Part shown: positions 51,759 through 61,500 of the stretch, in pieces
Position numbering within the stretch: position 1 is the stretch's first letter
How the letters are laid out: every line of letters starts with the position of its first letter
Source: Anaeromyxobacteraceae bacterium
GTDB lineage: Bacteria > Myxococcota > Myxococcia > Myxococcales > Anaeromyxobacteraceae
Direction of reading: 5' to 3'
Assembly (NCBI GenBank): GCA_047602405.1
Contig: JASGHJ010000002.1
Coordinates: forward strand, 2,528,001 to 2,592,000
Length of the DNA: 64,000 bases
Position numbers and translations under genes: made by a program
Notes under the pieces: model-generated
Seen by the model: the letters and a program-made list of their open reading frames with translations, nothing else
What the model was told of the DNA's origin: nothing
Databases searched by the model: none

Positions 51759-52024
51759 GTTGCCGGGGGGCTCGGCGCCCCCCGCCCCGCTGAGCGAAGC
51801 TCATCGGGGCCCCACCCCGGCAGCAGTTGCCGGGAGGCTCGGCGCCCCCCGCCCCGCTGAGCGAAGCTCATCGGGGCCCCACCCCGGCAGCAGTTGCCGG
51901 GGGGGTCGGCGCCGGCCGCCCCGCTGAGCGAAGCTCATCGGGGCCCCACCCCGGCAGCGTTGCCGGGGGGCTCGGCGCCGGCCGTTCCGCTGAGCGGAGC
52001 TCATCGGGGCCCTTCCCGGCAGCA
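51759..52024. repeat. Tandem array of four 66-67 bp palindromic (REP/BIME-like) units
   Basis: Units start at 51759, 51826, 51893 and 51959; each is TGCCGGG...CCGCTGAGC-GAA-GCTCATCGGGG...CCCGGCA. Confidence 0.92.
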
Positions 52025-52098
52025 GGCGGCGGGCTCGTCCACGCATGGGTCCTTCCCCCTGGCGCGCTGGGCCGGGCCGGGGTAATCCAACGCCCGCC

Positions 52099-54486
52099 AT
52101 GGAGCGGACGCTCGCCGAGCTGGGCTGGCCGGACGTGCTCGCGGCGCTGGCGGCCCGCTGCAGGCTGCCGGCGGGCCGCGCGGCCGCGCTCGCCCGCACC
52201 TTTCTTCCCACCGCCCCCGACGTGCGCGAGGAGCTCCTGCGCGTCGAGGAGGCCCGGCGCCTGTCCGAGGCGGGCGCCAGCCTGCCGCTCGGCGGGGTGG
52301 GCGACGTCGAGGGGCACCTCGACCGTGCCGCGAAGGGCGGGACCCTGGAGCCGCTCGCCCTGCGTGAGTGCGCGGCGCTCGTCCGCGCCGCCGCCCGCAC
52401 CCGCGAGGCCCTGTCGGCCCGTGGCGGGGACCTGCCGCGCCTGTGGGCCATCGCGGAGCCGCTGTCGGCGTCCGACGGCCTCGCGGACCGGATCGAGCGG
52501 GCCATCGACCCCTCCGGCCAGGTGTCCGACCGGGCGAGCCCCGAGCTCGCCGCCGCGCGCGAGCGCGCCCGCGGCCTCCACCGCGCGCTCAAGGCCCAGG
52601 TCGAAACGCTCCTCGAGGACCCGGAGATGCAGCGGCACCTCCGGGACACCTACTTCACCATCCGCAACGAGCGGTACGTGCTGCCGGTGCTGGCGAGCGC
52701 CCGCGGCGCGGTGCCGGGCATCGTCCACAACGCCTCGCAGTCCGGGCAGACCCTCTTCGTCGAGCCCGACTCGATGGTCGAGCTCGGCAACGAGCTCTCC
52801 ATCGCGACCGCGATGGCGCTCGAGGAGGAGCACCGGATCCTGCGCGAGCTCACCGCGGCGCTCGGGCGCGGCGCGGGCGGCCTCGTCGGAGACCTCGCGG
52901 TGCTCGGCCGGCTCGACGCGCTGGAGGCCGCGGCACGCCTCGCGTCCGATCTCGACGCGCACACGCCGGAGGTCTCGCCCGCCTCCGCCGGCTTCGAGCT
53001 CCTCTCCCTGCGCCACCCCATCCTCGTCCTGCAGGGGAAGAAGGTGGTGGCGAGCCACGTGCGGCTCGAGGCGCCCGCCCGGGCGCTCATCGTGTCCGGC
53101 CCGAACGGCGGCGGGAAGACGGTGGCGATCACCGCGGTCGGGCTCTCGGCGCTCATGCTGCGGGCCGGCCTGCCGGTGGCGGCGGCGCGCGGCTCGCGCC
53201 TGCCCTTCTTCCTGGAGGTCAAGGCGGCGGTCGACGAGCGCGGCGACCTCGCCCGGGACCTCTCCACGTTCACCGCCCACCTGACCGCCGTGAAGGAGAT
53301 GCTCGCCGGCGCGGTGCCCGGCTCCCTCGTCCTCGTGGACGAGATCGCGGCCGACACCGACCCCCGCGAGGGCGCGGCGCTCGGGGCGGCGGTGCTCGAG
53401 GCGCTCGTCGACCGCGGCGCGACCGTGCTCGTCACGACCCACCTCGACGAGCTGAAGGCGCTCGCCCTCACCGACCCGCGCTACGCGAACGCGCGGGTGG
53501 GCTTCGACGCCGAGGCGCTCCGCCCGACGTACCAGCTCCACCTCGGCACCCCGGGCAGCTCCTCGGCGATCGAGGTGGCGGCCCGGGTCGGCCTGCCGGC
53601 GGCGGTCGTCGAGCGCGCGCGCGCGGCGATGGTGGGCCAGGGCGGCGCGCTGGGCCAGGCGCTCCGGGCGCTCGACGACGAGCGCGCCGGGCTCGCCGCC
53701 GAGCGGCGGCGCGCGGAGGAGGCCCTCGAGCGCGCGCGGCAGGCGGAGGCCCGCGCCCGCGCCGCCGAGGACGCCGCCCGCAAGAGCGAGCGGGAGGCGG
53801 CGGCCCGCCTCGGCGCCGCGCTCGCCGACGAGATCGAGCAGGCGCGCGACGTGGTGGCCGACCTCGTCGCGTCGCTCCAGGCGAAGCCGACGATGAAGGC
53901 GGCGACCGACGCCGCCGCGAAGCTCGAGGCCTGGAAGGCCCAGCTCGCGGGCGCCTCCGCCGCCGCGAAGGCGAAGTCCGACGCCGGGCCCGAGCTCCTC
54001 GAGGGCGCCGCGCTCGCGCCGGGCATGCGGGTCCGCATCGTCTCGCTGGGCCACGAGGGCGAGGTGCTCGAGATCGGCGAGGGCGAGGCGCTCGTGCGCG
54101 CCGGCGCCCTCAAGGTGCGGCGGCCGGTCGCGGATCTGCTGCCGCTCAAGGGTGCCGCGAAGGAGGGCGCGCGGCTCGCGCGCTCGCGCGACGAGAAGCT
54201 CGCGGCGGCGGAGGAGGCGCGACCGGCGGCGGTGCGCGGCGCCGAGCGCAGGCTGGACGTACGCGGGCTGCGGGTGGAGGAGCTGCTCCGCGAGGTGGAC
54301 CGGTTCCTGGACACGCTGTACTCAAACGGGGAGTCCGACTGCGTCATCCTGCACGGCCATGGGACCGGCGCCCTGAAGCAGGCCCTCCGGGATCACCTCG
54401 GTGCGTCGCCGTACGTCGGAGCGTTTCGCAGGGGACACGACCACGAGGGCGGCGACGCGGTGACGCTCGTCACCTTCCGGCGATGA
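52099..54486 (+). CDS. mutS2: MutS2 with Smr domain
   Basis: SGQTLFVEP, GPNGGGKT, LSTFTAH, LDVRG, ILHGHGTGAL. Confidence 0.93.
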   Translation: MERTLAELGWPDVLAALAARCRLPAGRAAALARTFLPTAPDVREELLRVEEARRLSEAGASLPLGGVGDVEGHLDRAAKGGTLEPLALRECAALVRAAARTREALSARGGDLPRLWAIAEPLSASDGLADRIERAIDPSGQVSDRASPELAAARERARGLHRALKAQVETLLEDPEMQRHLRDTYFTIRNERYVLPVLASARGAVPGIVHNASQSGQTLFVEPDSMVELGNELSIATAMALEEEHRILRELTAALGRGAGGLVGDLAVLGRLDALEAAARLASDLDAHTPEVSPASAGFELLSLRHPILVLQGKKVVASHVRLEAPARALIVSGPNGGGKTVAITAVGLSALMLRAGLPVAAARGSRLPFFLEVKAAVDERGDLARDLSTFTAHLTAVKEMLAGAVPGSLVLVDEIAADTDPREGAALGAAVLEALVDRGATVLVTTHLDELKALALTDPRYANARVGFDAEALRPTYQLHLGTPGSSSAIEVAARVGLPAAVVERARAAMVGQGGALGQALRALDDERAGLAAERRRAEEALERARQAEARARAAEDAARKSEREAAARLGAALADEIEQARDVVADLVASLQAKPTMKAATDAAAKLEAWKAQLAGASAAAKAKSDAGPELLEGAALAPGMRVRIVSLGHEGEVLEIGEGEALVRAGALKVRRPVADLLPLKGAAKEGARLARSRDEKLAAAEEARPAAVRGAERRLDVRGLRVEELLREVDRFLDTLYSNGESDCVILHGHGTGALKQALRDHLGASPYVGAFRRGHDHEGGDAVTLVTFRR

Positions 54487-54701
54487 CTGGGGTTTTGCTG
54501 GGCCGACGCCGCGCGTTATTGCACTTCGCGTAGAAATGCCCGTGATGCTGGCGCGTTGCGGCAATCGGATCGCCCCCCGTCGTGCACCCCGGGTGTGGTA
54601 CATACCCGAGAATCCGGGTCCCACCGTTTCGTCCCCCATAGCCGCGACGGGCGGTGCGCTCCGGACACACACCTCGAATCACTCCCGCCGGAGGAACCTG
54701 C

Positions 54702-56090
54702 ATGAAGTCTCCCTGGAAGCAGATCCTGGCTGCCCTCGCCGTCTGTCTGCCGCTGGTGACGTTCGCCCAGACCCCGGCCGCCGAGCCCGCGAAGCCCGCG
54801 GACACCGCGGCCCCCGCCCCGGCGCCCGCGCCCGCGAAGGAGGAGGGCGTCAAGATCACCTGGTACGGCTTCATCCTCGCGAACATGTACTTCGACAGCG
54901 GCACCTTCTCCGCGAAGGACTACCCGGGCGCCGTCGCCCGCGATCCCGCCGGCGCCGGCGGCGCGACGCTCTTCAGCGCCCGCCAGACCCGCTTCGGCAT
55001 CCGCCTGTCCACGAAGGACGCGAACATCACCGGCGCCGAGCTGACCGGTAACGCCGAGTTCGACTTCAAGGGCGGCAACATCCCCTCGACGTTCGCGAGC
55101 ACGACGACCTGCACGGCGCCGGTGCCGCCGGCGACCGCCAACACCTGCACGACGACCACCACCGCGGGCGGCAACTCGAACGCCTGGAACGCGAACGTCC
55201 TCCGCATGCGCATCGGCACGGTCACCGCCACCTGGAAGACCTCGGCCGGCAGCATCGCGGTCCTGGCCGGTCAGGCCCCGGGCCTCGTGAACGGCCTCTT
55301 CGCCGAGTCCGTGACCTGGGTCGCCGACCCGCTCTTCTGGCAGGCCGGCAACATCTGGCGGCGCGCCCCGCAGATCCGTCTCTCCTACGGCAACACCTTC
55401 GGCCCCGCCGCCCTCGGCGTCGAGGTCGCGGCGCTCTCCGGCACGGACGCCACCCCGACCGGCTCCGTCCCCGGCCTCTCCTTCGACTACGGCGCGGCCA
55501 ACCGCTCCCGCAACCCCGAGCTCGAGGCGCACGCCTCCCTCACCGTGAAGCCGATGGCCGGCGTCTCCGCGATGGTCGGCCTGGGCGTCAACCGCGCGAA
55601 GCGCACCTACGACGTCTCCACGAACAAGAAGAACCTCAACGCCTCGGCGTTCGGCCTCGAGTGGGACGTCAACGTCCCGTACGCGCAGCTGAAGGGCGAG
55701 TACTACACGACGAAGGGCGAGGAGGATTCGTACAACGGCGCGACGGCGGTCATCGTCGGCGCGGCCGGCGCCCGTGAGCTCGTGAAGAGCTCCGGCTACT
55801 GGGCGCAGCTCATCCTGAAGCCGGTCGACGCCGTGTGGGTCTACGGCGGCATGGGCTCGGTGAAGGGTGACGACGCGGGCAACGACAAGGTCGCGGCGGC
55901 CGCCCGCGCGACCACCCGCGCGAAGAACCAGCAGACGGCCGCGGGCCTGATCGTCAACTTCTCGAAGGCCTGGCGGCTCGGCGTCGAGTACGTGATGGTC
56001 AAGACCACGTGGCTCGGCGCGACGAACACGGCCGCCGAGATCGCGAACAAGTCGAACCAGTTCGCCATCTCGACCCAGCTGAAGTTCTAG
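54702..56090 (+). CDS. Outer-membrane porin-like beta-barrel (DcaP-like)
   Basis: Signal peptide, YGFI, SARQTRFG, PQIR, terminal QLKF; first gene of an ABC uptake locus. Confidence 0.7.
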   Translation: MKSPWKQILAALAVCLPLVTFAQTPAAEPAKPADTAAPAPAPAPAKEEGVKITWYGFILANMYFDSGTFSAKDYPGAVARDPAGAGGATLFSARQTRFGIRLSTKDANITGAELTGNAEFDFKGGNIPSTFASTTTCTAPVPPATANTCTTTTTAGGNSNAWNANVLRMRIGTVTATWKTSAGSIAVLAGQAPGLVNGLFAESVTWVADPLFWQAGNIWRRAPQIRLSYGNTFGPAALGVEVAALSGTDATPTGSVPGLSFDYGAANRSRNPELEAHASLTVKPMAGVSAMVGLGVNRAKRTYDVSTNKKNLNASAFGLEWDVNVPYAQLKGEYYTTKGEEDSYNGATAVIVGAAGARELVKSSGYWAQLILKPVDAVWVYGGMGSVKGDDAGNDKVAAAARATTRAKNQQTAAGLIVNFSKAWRLGVEYVMVKTTWLGATNTAAEIANKSNQFAISTQLKF

Positions 56091-56108
56091 GCAAGAGACG
56101 CTCCAGGG

Positions 56109-56138
56109 GGCCCGTCCGGGAGAATTCCCGGACGGGCC
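56109..56138 (+). terminator. Intercistronic hairpin (13-bp stem)
   Basis: GGCCCGTCCGGGA-GAAT-TCCCGGACGGGCC. Confidence 0.55.
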
Positions 56139-56185
56139 TCTTCGTCCGAAGCTTGCTGCATCACCGGAACCCACAAGGAGTGGAC

Positions 56186-57340
56186 ATGATGAAGAAGCTC
56201 GCGCTCGTGGTCGCCGCCGCGCTCCTCGCCCTGCCGGGCAGGGGCCTCGCCCAGGTCAAGGTCGGCTTCATCAACTCCATCACGGGGCCGGAGGCCCCCA
56301 TCGGCGAGACCCTGACGAACGGGGTCGAGCTCGCGATGGAGGACCTCGCCAAGAAGGGCATCAAGATCCAGCTCGTGAAGCAGGACGATACGGGCAAGCC
56401 GCCGGTCGCGATGAGCGCGATGGAGCAGCTCGCCACCGGTGACGAGGTCGCGGCCGTGGTCGGCCCCTACACCTCCGCCAACGCCAACGCCGTGGCGAAG
56501 CTCGCCGCCCAGTACAAGGTCGCCCAGGTGATCCCGGCGGCCTCGAAGGAGGACATCACCCGGCAGGGCAACAAGTACGTGTTCCGGGTGAACGCCCCCT
56601 CGCACAGCTACGCCGAGTCCCTCATCGACCTCGCGCTCTCGCAGGGCAAGCCGAAGACCATCGCCTTCATCTACGAGTCCACCGACTTCGGCACCTCCGC
56701 CGCGGCCGCCGGCAAGGAGTACTCCGCGAAGAAGGGGCTCCAGGTCGTCGGCGACGAGGCCTACCAGAAGGGCGCGCCGGACTACCGCTCCACCCTCACG
56801 AAGGTGAAGGCCGCCAACCCCGACCTCGTCTTCATGGTCTCCTACGTGGCCGACGCGATCCTGCTCATGCGGCAGGCGCGCGAGGTGGGCCTGAAGCCCA
56901 TGGCGTTCCTGGGCGGCGGCGCGGGCTTCGACACGACCCAGTTCGAGAGCGAGAAGGACATCTCCAACCTCGTGTTCTCGACCACCCAGTGGACGCCCGA
57001 CATGGGCACGCCGGGCGCGGCCGACTTCGCGAAGCGGTACCAGGCGAAGTACGGCAAGCCGGCCACCTACCACGCGGCCTGCGCCTACGCCTCGATGATG
57101 ATCGTCGGCGAGACCGTCGGGAAGGTCGGCGGCGACAAGGAGAAGGTCCGGGACGCGCTCGCGAGCGGCAGCTGGACCGGCATCATGGGCGAGGTGAAGT
57201 TCGAGACGTTCGACGGCTTCACGAACCAGAACAAGCACGACATGGCCGTCGTGCAGTACCAGGCCGGCGTGAAGGAGACGGTCTTCCCGCCGAAGTTCGC
57301 GAAGAAGAAGCCGGTGTGGCCCTTCACCTGGGGCAAGTGA
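56186..57340 (+). CDS. livK: Branched-chain amino acid-type ABC substrate-binding protein
   Basis: Signal peptide, KVGFINSITG, VVGPYTS, YVFRVN. Confidence 0.88.
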   Translation: MMKKLALVVAAALLALPGRGLAQVKVGFINSITGPEAPIGETLTNGVELAMEDLAKKGIKIQLVKQDDTGKPPVAMSAMEQLATGDEVAAVVGPYTSANANAVAKLAAQYKVAQVIPAASKEDITRQGNKYVFRVNAPSHSYAESLIDLALSQGKPKTIAFIYESTDFGTSAAAAGKEYSAKKGLQVVGDEAYQKGAPDYRSTLTKVKAANPDLVFMVSYVADAILLMRQAREVGLKPMAFLGGGAGFDTTQFESEKDISNLVFSTTQWTPDMGTPGAADFAKRYQAKYGKPATYHAACAYASMMIVGETVGKVGGDKEKVRDALASGSWTGIMGEVKFETFDGFTNQNKHDMAVVQYQAGVKETVFPPKFAKKKPVWPFTWGK

Positions 57341-57390
57341 TCCAGCGCAACCCGCGCGCGCGCTCCGCCGAGGGGCCCGCGCGTTGACGC

Positions 57391-57428
57391 GGGGCGGCGT
57401 GCCTTCGGGCCGCCGCCCCTTTCTTTTC
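57391..57428 (+). terminator. Intrinsic terminator after the substrate-binding protein gene
   Basis: GGGGCGGCG / CGCCGCCCC stem followed by TTTCTTTT. Confidence 0.75.
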
Positions 57429-57540
57429 CGACGCCGAAGGAGCGAGTTTTTCTGCTCCTCGACGACCCGAAGTCATTGCGAGCCGGCGGTCGCATTCTGT
57501 ACCCTTCCGGACCTTCCCGCTGCACCGCAGAGAGGCACCG

Positions 57541-58407
57541 ATGACCCTGTTCCTGCAGTCCGTGATCAGCGGCGTGCTCGTGGGCGGCGTCTACGCGCTC
57601 ATCGGCATCGGGCTCACGATCATCTTCGGCGTGATGCGCGTCATCAACTTCGCGCACGGCGACCTGCTCATGCTGGGCATGTACGTCACCTGGCTCGTCT
57701 TCAGGTTCCTCGGGCTCGACCCGTTCCTGTCGATCGTGGTCACCGCCCCGGTGATGTTCCTCTTCGGCGCCTTCCTGCAGAAGACGTTCATCAACCGCGC
57801 GCTGAACGCGCTCCCGCAGAACCAGATCCTGCTCACCATCGGCCTCGGGCTCGTGATGTCCAACACGGTGATGCTGATCTTCACCTCGGACTACCAGATC
57901 CTGACCACGACCTACTCGTCCTCGAGCTACAGCCTCGGCGGCATCTCGATCTCCCAGCCGCTCCTCTTCGCCTTCCTCATCACGGCGGCGATCACCGGGG
58001 CGCTGTACTGGTTCCTCCTCAAGACCGACACCGGGCAGGCCATCCGCGCCACCGCGCAGGACCGCGACGCCGCCCAGCTCATGGGCATCAACGTGGGCGC
58101 GATGTCGGTGCTCGCCTTCGGCCTCGGCGCGGCGCTCGCCGGCACGGCCGGCGCGCTGATCTCGCCGACCTACTACATCTTCCCGCAGGTCGGCGGCACC
58201 TTCACCCTGAAGGCCTTCGTGATCGTGGTGCTCGGCGGCATGGGCAGCGTCATCGGCGCGACGCTGGGCGGGATCATCATCGGCGTGACCGAGTCGCTCG
58301 CCGCCGTCTACGTCGCCTCCGGCCTGAAGGAGCTCGTGGTCTTCGTGCTCTTCCTCGCCCTCCTCCTCTTCAAGCCATCCGGCCTCCTGGGCAAGACCCG
58401 GGCATGA
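57541..58407 (+). CDS. livH: Liv-type ABC permease
   Basis: GLTIIFGVMRVINFAHG, GQAIRATAQD, VLGGMGS. Confidence 0.92.
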   Translation: MTLFLQSVISGVLVGGVYALIGIGLTIIFGVMRVINFAHGDLLMLGMYVTWLVFRFLGLDPFLSIVVTAPVMFLFGAFLQKTFINRALNALPQNQILLTIGLGLVMSNTVMLIFTSDYQILTTTYSSSSYSLGGISISQPLLFAFLITAAITGALYWFLLKTDTGQAIRATAQDRDAAQLMGINVGAMSVLAFGLGAALAGTAGALISPTYYIFPQVGGTFTLKAFVIVVLGGMGSVIGATLGGIIIGVTESLAAVYVASGLKELVVFVLFLALLLFKPSGLLGKTRA

Positions 58408-59528
58408 CGGGAGCCACCATGCACCGCGCCGATCCCCTCCCCGCTCGCCCGCCCGCCCCGCGCGGCAGCGCCCTCGTCTGGACCCTCGTGGCCGTCGCCG
58501 CGGTGGTGTTCCTGGCCATCTTCCCGCAGTTCGTGAAGAAGCCCTACGTGCTGCACATGGGCATCATGCTGTTCCTCGCGATCATCCAGGGCCAGGCCTG
58601 GAACGTGATCGGCGGGTACACCGGCCAGTACTCGGTCGGCCACGCCGCCTACTTCGGCGTGGGCGCCTACACGACCATGATGCTGCTCGTGGGCTACCAG
58701 ATGCCGCCGTGGTGGGGCATCTGGCTGGCGGTCGTGAACGCCGTGATCCTCTCGCTCGTGATCGGCTCCATCACGTTCCGCCTGCGCGGGCCGTACTTCG
58801 TGCTCGCCTCGATCTCGGTCGCGGAGATCATCCGGCTCGCCACCCTCCACTTCAAGGGCTTCACCCGCGGCGCCGAGGGCTACCTCCTCGACGCCATCCC
58901 GACGCTCAACCTGTTCGGGACCGAGATCGAGTTCTTCACGAAGCGGCCCTTCTATTACATCGCGCTCGCGCTCGCGGTGGTGTCCGTGATCGTCAACTGG
59001 GCCGTGCAGCACTCGAAGCTCGGCTACTACTTCCAGGCCATCCGCGAGGACCAGGACGCGGCCCACTCGCTCGGGATCAACCTCACCATCTACAAGAACG
59101 TGGCGCTCGCCATCTCGGCGGCCTTCACCGCGCTCGCGGGCGGCTTCTACGCGATGTACGTGAAGTTCGTCGACCCGAACGTCTTCAGCCTCCCCGAGAT
59201 CTCGATCCCCATCGTGCTGGTCGCCATCATCGGCGGCATCGGCACGATCGTGGGGCCGGTCATCGGCGCGATGGTCCTCATCCCGCTCTCCGAGATCCTC
59301 CGCAACCCGAAGGGGCTCGTGCAGGTCGGCATCCTCTCCTCCGACTCCGCCATCGTGACCTTCATCGACGCCCACCTCTCGAACGCCCACCTCCTCTTCT
59401 ACGGCGGGCTCGTGGTCGTGGTGATCCTCTTCGCGCCGGACGGCGTCCTCGGCGTCCTCCGCTCGCTCGCCCAGAAGGCCCGCCGCCGCCGCGCCCCCCA
59501 GGCCGCGCCGCCCGCGGCCGCGGCCTAG
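58404..59528 (+). CDS. livM: Liv-type ABC permease
   Basis: GYTGQYSVGHAAYFGVGAY, RLRGPYF, AIREDQDAA. Confidence 0.92.
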   Translation: MTGATMHRADPLPARPPAPRGSALVWTLVAVAAVVFLAIFPQFVKKPYVLHMGIMLFLAIIQGQAWNVIGGYTGQYSVGHAAYFGVGAYTTMMLLVGYQMPPWWGIWLAVVNAVILSLVIGSITFRLRGPYFVLASISVAEIIRLATLHFKGFTRGAEGYLLDAIPTLNLFGTEIEFFTKRPFYYIALALAVVSVIVNWAVQHSKLGYYFQAIREDQDAAHSLGINLTIYKNVALAISAAFTALAGGFYAMYVKFVDPNVFSLPEISIPIVLVAIIGGIGTIVGPVIGAMVLIPLSEILRNPKGLVQVGILSSDSAIVTFIDAHLSNAHLLFYGGLVVVVILFAPDGVLGVLRSLAQKARRRRAPQAAPPAAAA

Positions 59529-59537
59529 GAGACCGAC

Positions 59538-60263
59538 ATGGCCGACCCCATCCTCAAGATCGAGCACGTCTCCAAGTTCTTCGGAGGCCTCGCCGCCAAC
59601 TCCGACGTCTCGTTCCAGATGGAGCACGGGATGATCATGGGCCTCATCGGCCCGAACGGCGCGGGCAAGACCACCCTCTTCAACTGCATCACCGGCTACT
59701 ACCCGCCCTCCCGCGGCGAGGTGGTGTTCAAGGGCGTGCGCCTCAACGGCCTCGAGCCGGACGACGTCTGCCGCCTCGGGATGGTCCGCACCTGGCAGAA
59801 GGTGCGCCCGCTCGCGAAGCTCAGCGTGCTCGACAACGTCATGGTGGGCGCGCTCGCGCGGACCAACAGCCTCAAGGTCGCCCGCGAGGTCGCCCACGAG
59901 CAGCTCCGGATCGTGAAGCTCGACCATAAATCCTCGTTCCTCGCCGGCGGGCTCCCCATCGGCGAGCGCAAGAAGCTCGAGGTGGCCCGGGCCCTCGCGA
60001 CGAAGCCCGAGCTCCTCCTCCTCGACGAGGTGATGGGCGGCCTCAACCCGGCCGAGTCCGAGGAGATCATCCAGCTCATCCTGGAGCTCAAGAAGGCCGG
60101 CCTCACGCAGATGGTCATCGAGCACGACATGAAGGCCATCATGCGGATCTCCGACCGCATCGTGGTCCTCACCTCCGGCGAGAAGCTCGCCGAGGGCGGG
60201 CCGCGGGAGATCGCCGATCACCCCGACGTCATCGCCGCCTACCTCGGCGAGCGGGTGGAGTGA
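59538..60263 (+). CDS. livG: Liv-type ABC ATPase
   Basis: GPNGAGKTT, LLLDEVMGGLN, IEHDM. Confidence 0.92.
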   Translation: MADPILKIEHVSKFFGGLAANSDVSFQMEHGMIMGLIGPNGAGKTTLFNCITGYYPPSRGEVVFKGVRLNGLEPDDVCRLGMVRTWQKVRPLAKLSVLDNVMVGALARTNSLKVAREVAHEQLRIVKLDHKSSFLAGGLPIGERKKLEVARALATKPELLLLDEVMGGLNPAESEEIIQLILELKKAGLTQMVIEHDMKAIMRISDRIVVLTSGEKLAEGGPREIADHPDVIAAYLGERVE

Positions 60264-60267
60264 CGCC

Positions 60268-60972
60268 ATGCTGAAGATCGAGAACCTCAACTTCGCGTAC
60301 GGGGACCTCCAGGTCCTCTGGGACGTCTCGCTCGAGGTGAAGCAGGGCGAGATCGTGACCGTGGTCGGCGCGAACGGCGCCGGCAAGTCGACCACGCTCC
60401 GCAACGTCTCCCGCCTCGTCCGCCCGACCTCGGGCCGGATCACCTTCGAGGGGCAGGAGATCAACCGGATCCCCTCCCACAAGGTCGTCGAGCTCGGCCT
60501 CATCCAGGTCCCCGAGGCGCGCCGCATCTTCCCGGAGATGACGGTCGTCGAGAACCTCCGCATGGGCTCGTTCGTCAAGACCGCCCGGGCCGACCGCGAC
60601 CGGAACATGGAGCGGGTCTTCTCGCTCTTCCCCCGCCTCGCCGAGCGCAAGGGCCAGCTCGGCGGCACGATGTCCGGCGGCGAGCAGCAGATGCTCGCCA
60701 TCGGCCGCGGCCTCATGGCGAACCCGAAGGTGCTGCTCCTCGACGAGCCGTCCCTGGGCCTCTCCCCGCTGCTCGTGAAGAACATCTTCTCGATCATCCA
60801 GGAGATCAACCGGCAGGGGACGACCGTGCTGCTCGTCGAGCAGAACGTCTACCAGTCCCTCCACATCTCCCACCGCGCCTACGTCATGGAGACCGGGCGG
60901 GTGGTACTCTCCGGCACCGGCGCGGAGCTCCTGGCCGACCCGCACGTGAAGAAGGCCTTCCTGGGCATGTAG
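60268..60972 (+). CDS. livF: Liv-type ABC ATPase
   Basis: GANGAGKST, MSGGEQQML, LDEPSLGL, VEQN. Confidence 0.93.
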   Translation: MLKIENLNFAYGDLQVLWDVSLEVKQGEIVTVVGANGAGKSTTLRNVSRLVRPTSGRITFEGQEINRIPSHKVVELGLIQVPEARRIFPEMTVVENLRMGSFVKTARADRDRNMERVFSLFPRLAERKGQLGGTMSGGEQQMLAIGRGLMANPKVLLLDEPSLGLSPLLVKNIFSIIQEINRQGTTVLLVEQNVYQSLHISHRAYVMETGRVVLSGTGAELLADPHVKKAFLGM

Positions 60973-60989
60973 CAGCTGAGGACCATCAC

Positions 60990-61418
60990 ATGGCGAACGA
61001 GAAGAAGACCGTCGGCGACTGGATGACGAAGAGCCCGATCACGGTCGACGCCGGCGCGTCGATCATCGAGGCGGTCCACCTCCTGCGCGAGCGCAACATC
61101 CGGCGCCTCCCGGTCATGAAGGGCGGCCGCCTCGTGGGGCTCGTGACCGAGCGCATGCTCCTCGGCTACATGCCGGCGAAGGCCACCACCCTCGACCAGT
61201 GGGAGATGCACTACCTCCTGTCGAAGACGCCGGTGACCGAGGCCATGAACCCGACCCCGCACACCGTCCGCGCCGACACGCCCCTCTCCGAGGCGGCCCG
61301 GCTGCTCCACGACCGCAAGCTCAACGGCGTCATCGTGGTGGACGAGGGCGGCGACATGGTCGGCATCATGACGACCACGAACGCCCTCGAGGCGCTGATC
61401 CACTTCTCGGCGCGGTAA
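60990..61418 (+). CDS. CBS-domain pair protein
   Basis: VGDWMTKSPITV, IRRLPV, second CBS repeat. Confidence 0.9.
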   Translation: MANEKKTVGDWMTKSPITVDAGASIIEAVHLLRERNIRRLPVMKGGRLVGLVTERMLLGYMPAKATTLDQWEMHYLLSKTPVTEAMNPTPHTVRADTPLSEAARLLHDRKLNGVIVVDEGGDMVGIMTTTNALEALIHFSAR

Positions 61419-61440
61419 ACCCCGTCGCTACAGCGCCGTT

Positions 61441-61487
61441 CGTCCCTCGTCTCCGGGCCCGCGAAGCGGGCCCGGAGACGAGGGACG
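61441..61487. terminator. Perfect 22-bp hairpin with GAA loop
   Basis: CGTCCCTCGTCTCCGGGCCCGC-GAA-GCGGGCCCGGAGACGAGGGACG. Confidence 0.7.
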
Positions 61488-61500
61488 CCCCTGGCCCCTC

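Noticed and set aside
51759..52024. CRISPR array
   Set aside because: Units are near-identical over their whole length with no unique spacers, and there are no cas genes in the window
54549..54566. Sigma54 promoter upstream of the porin
   Set aside because: TGGCGCG is present but the GG-N10-GC spacing is off by one
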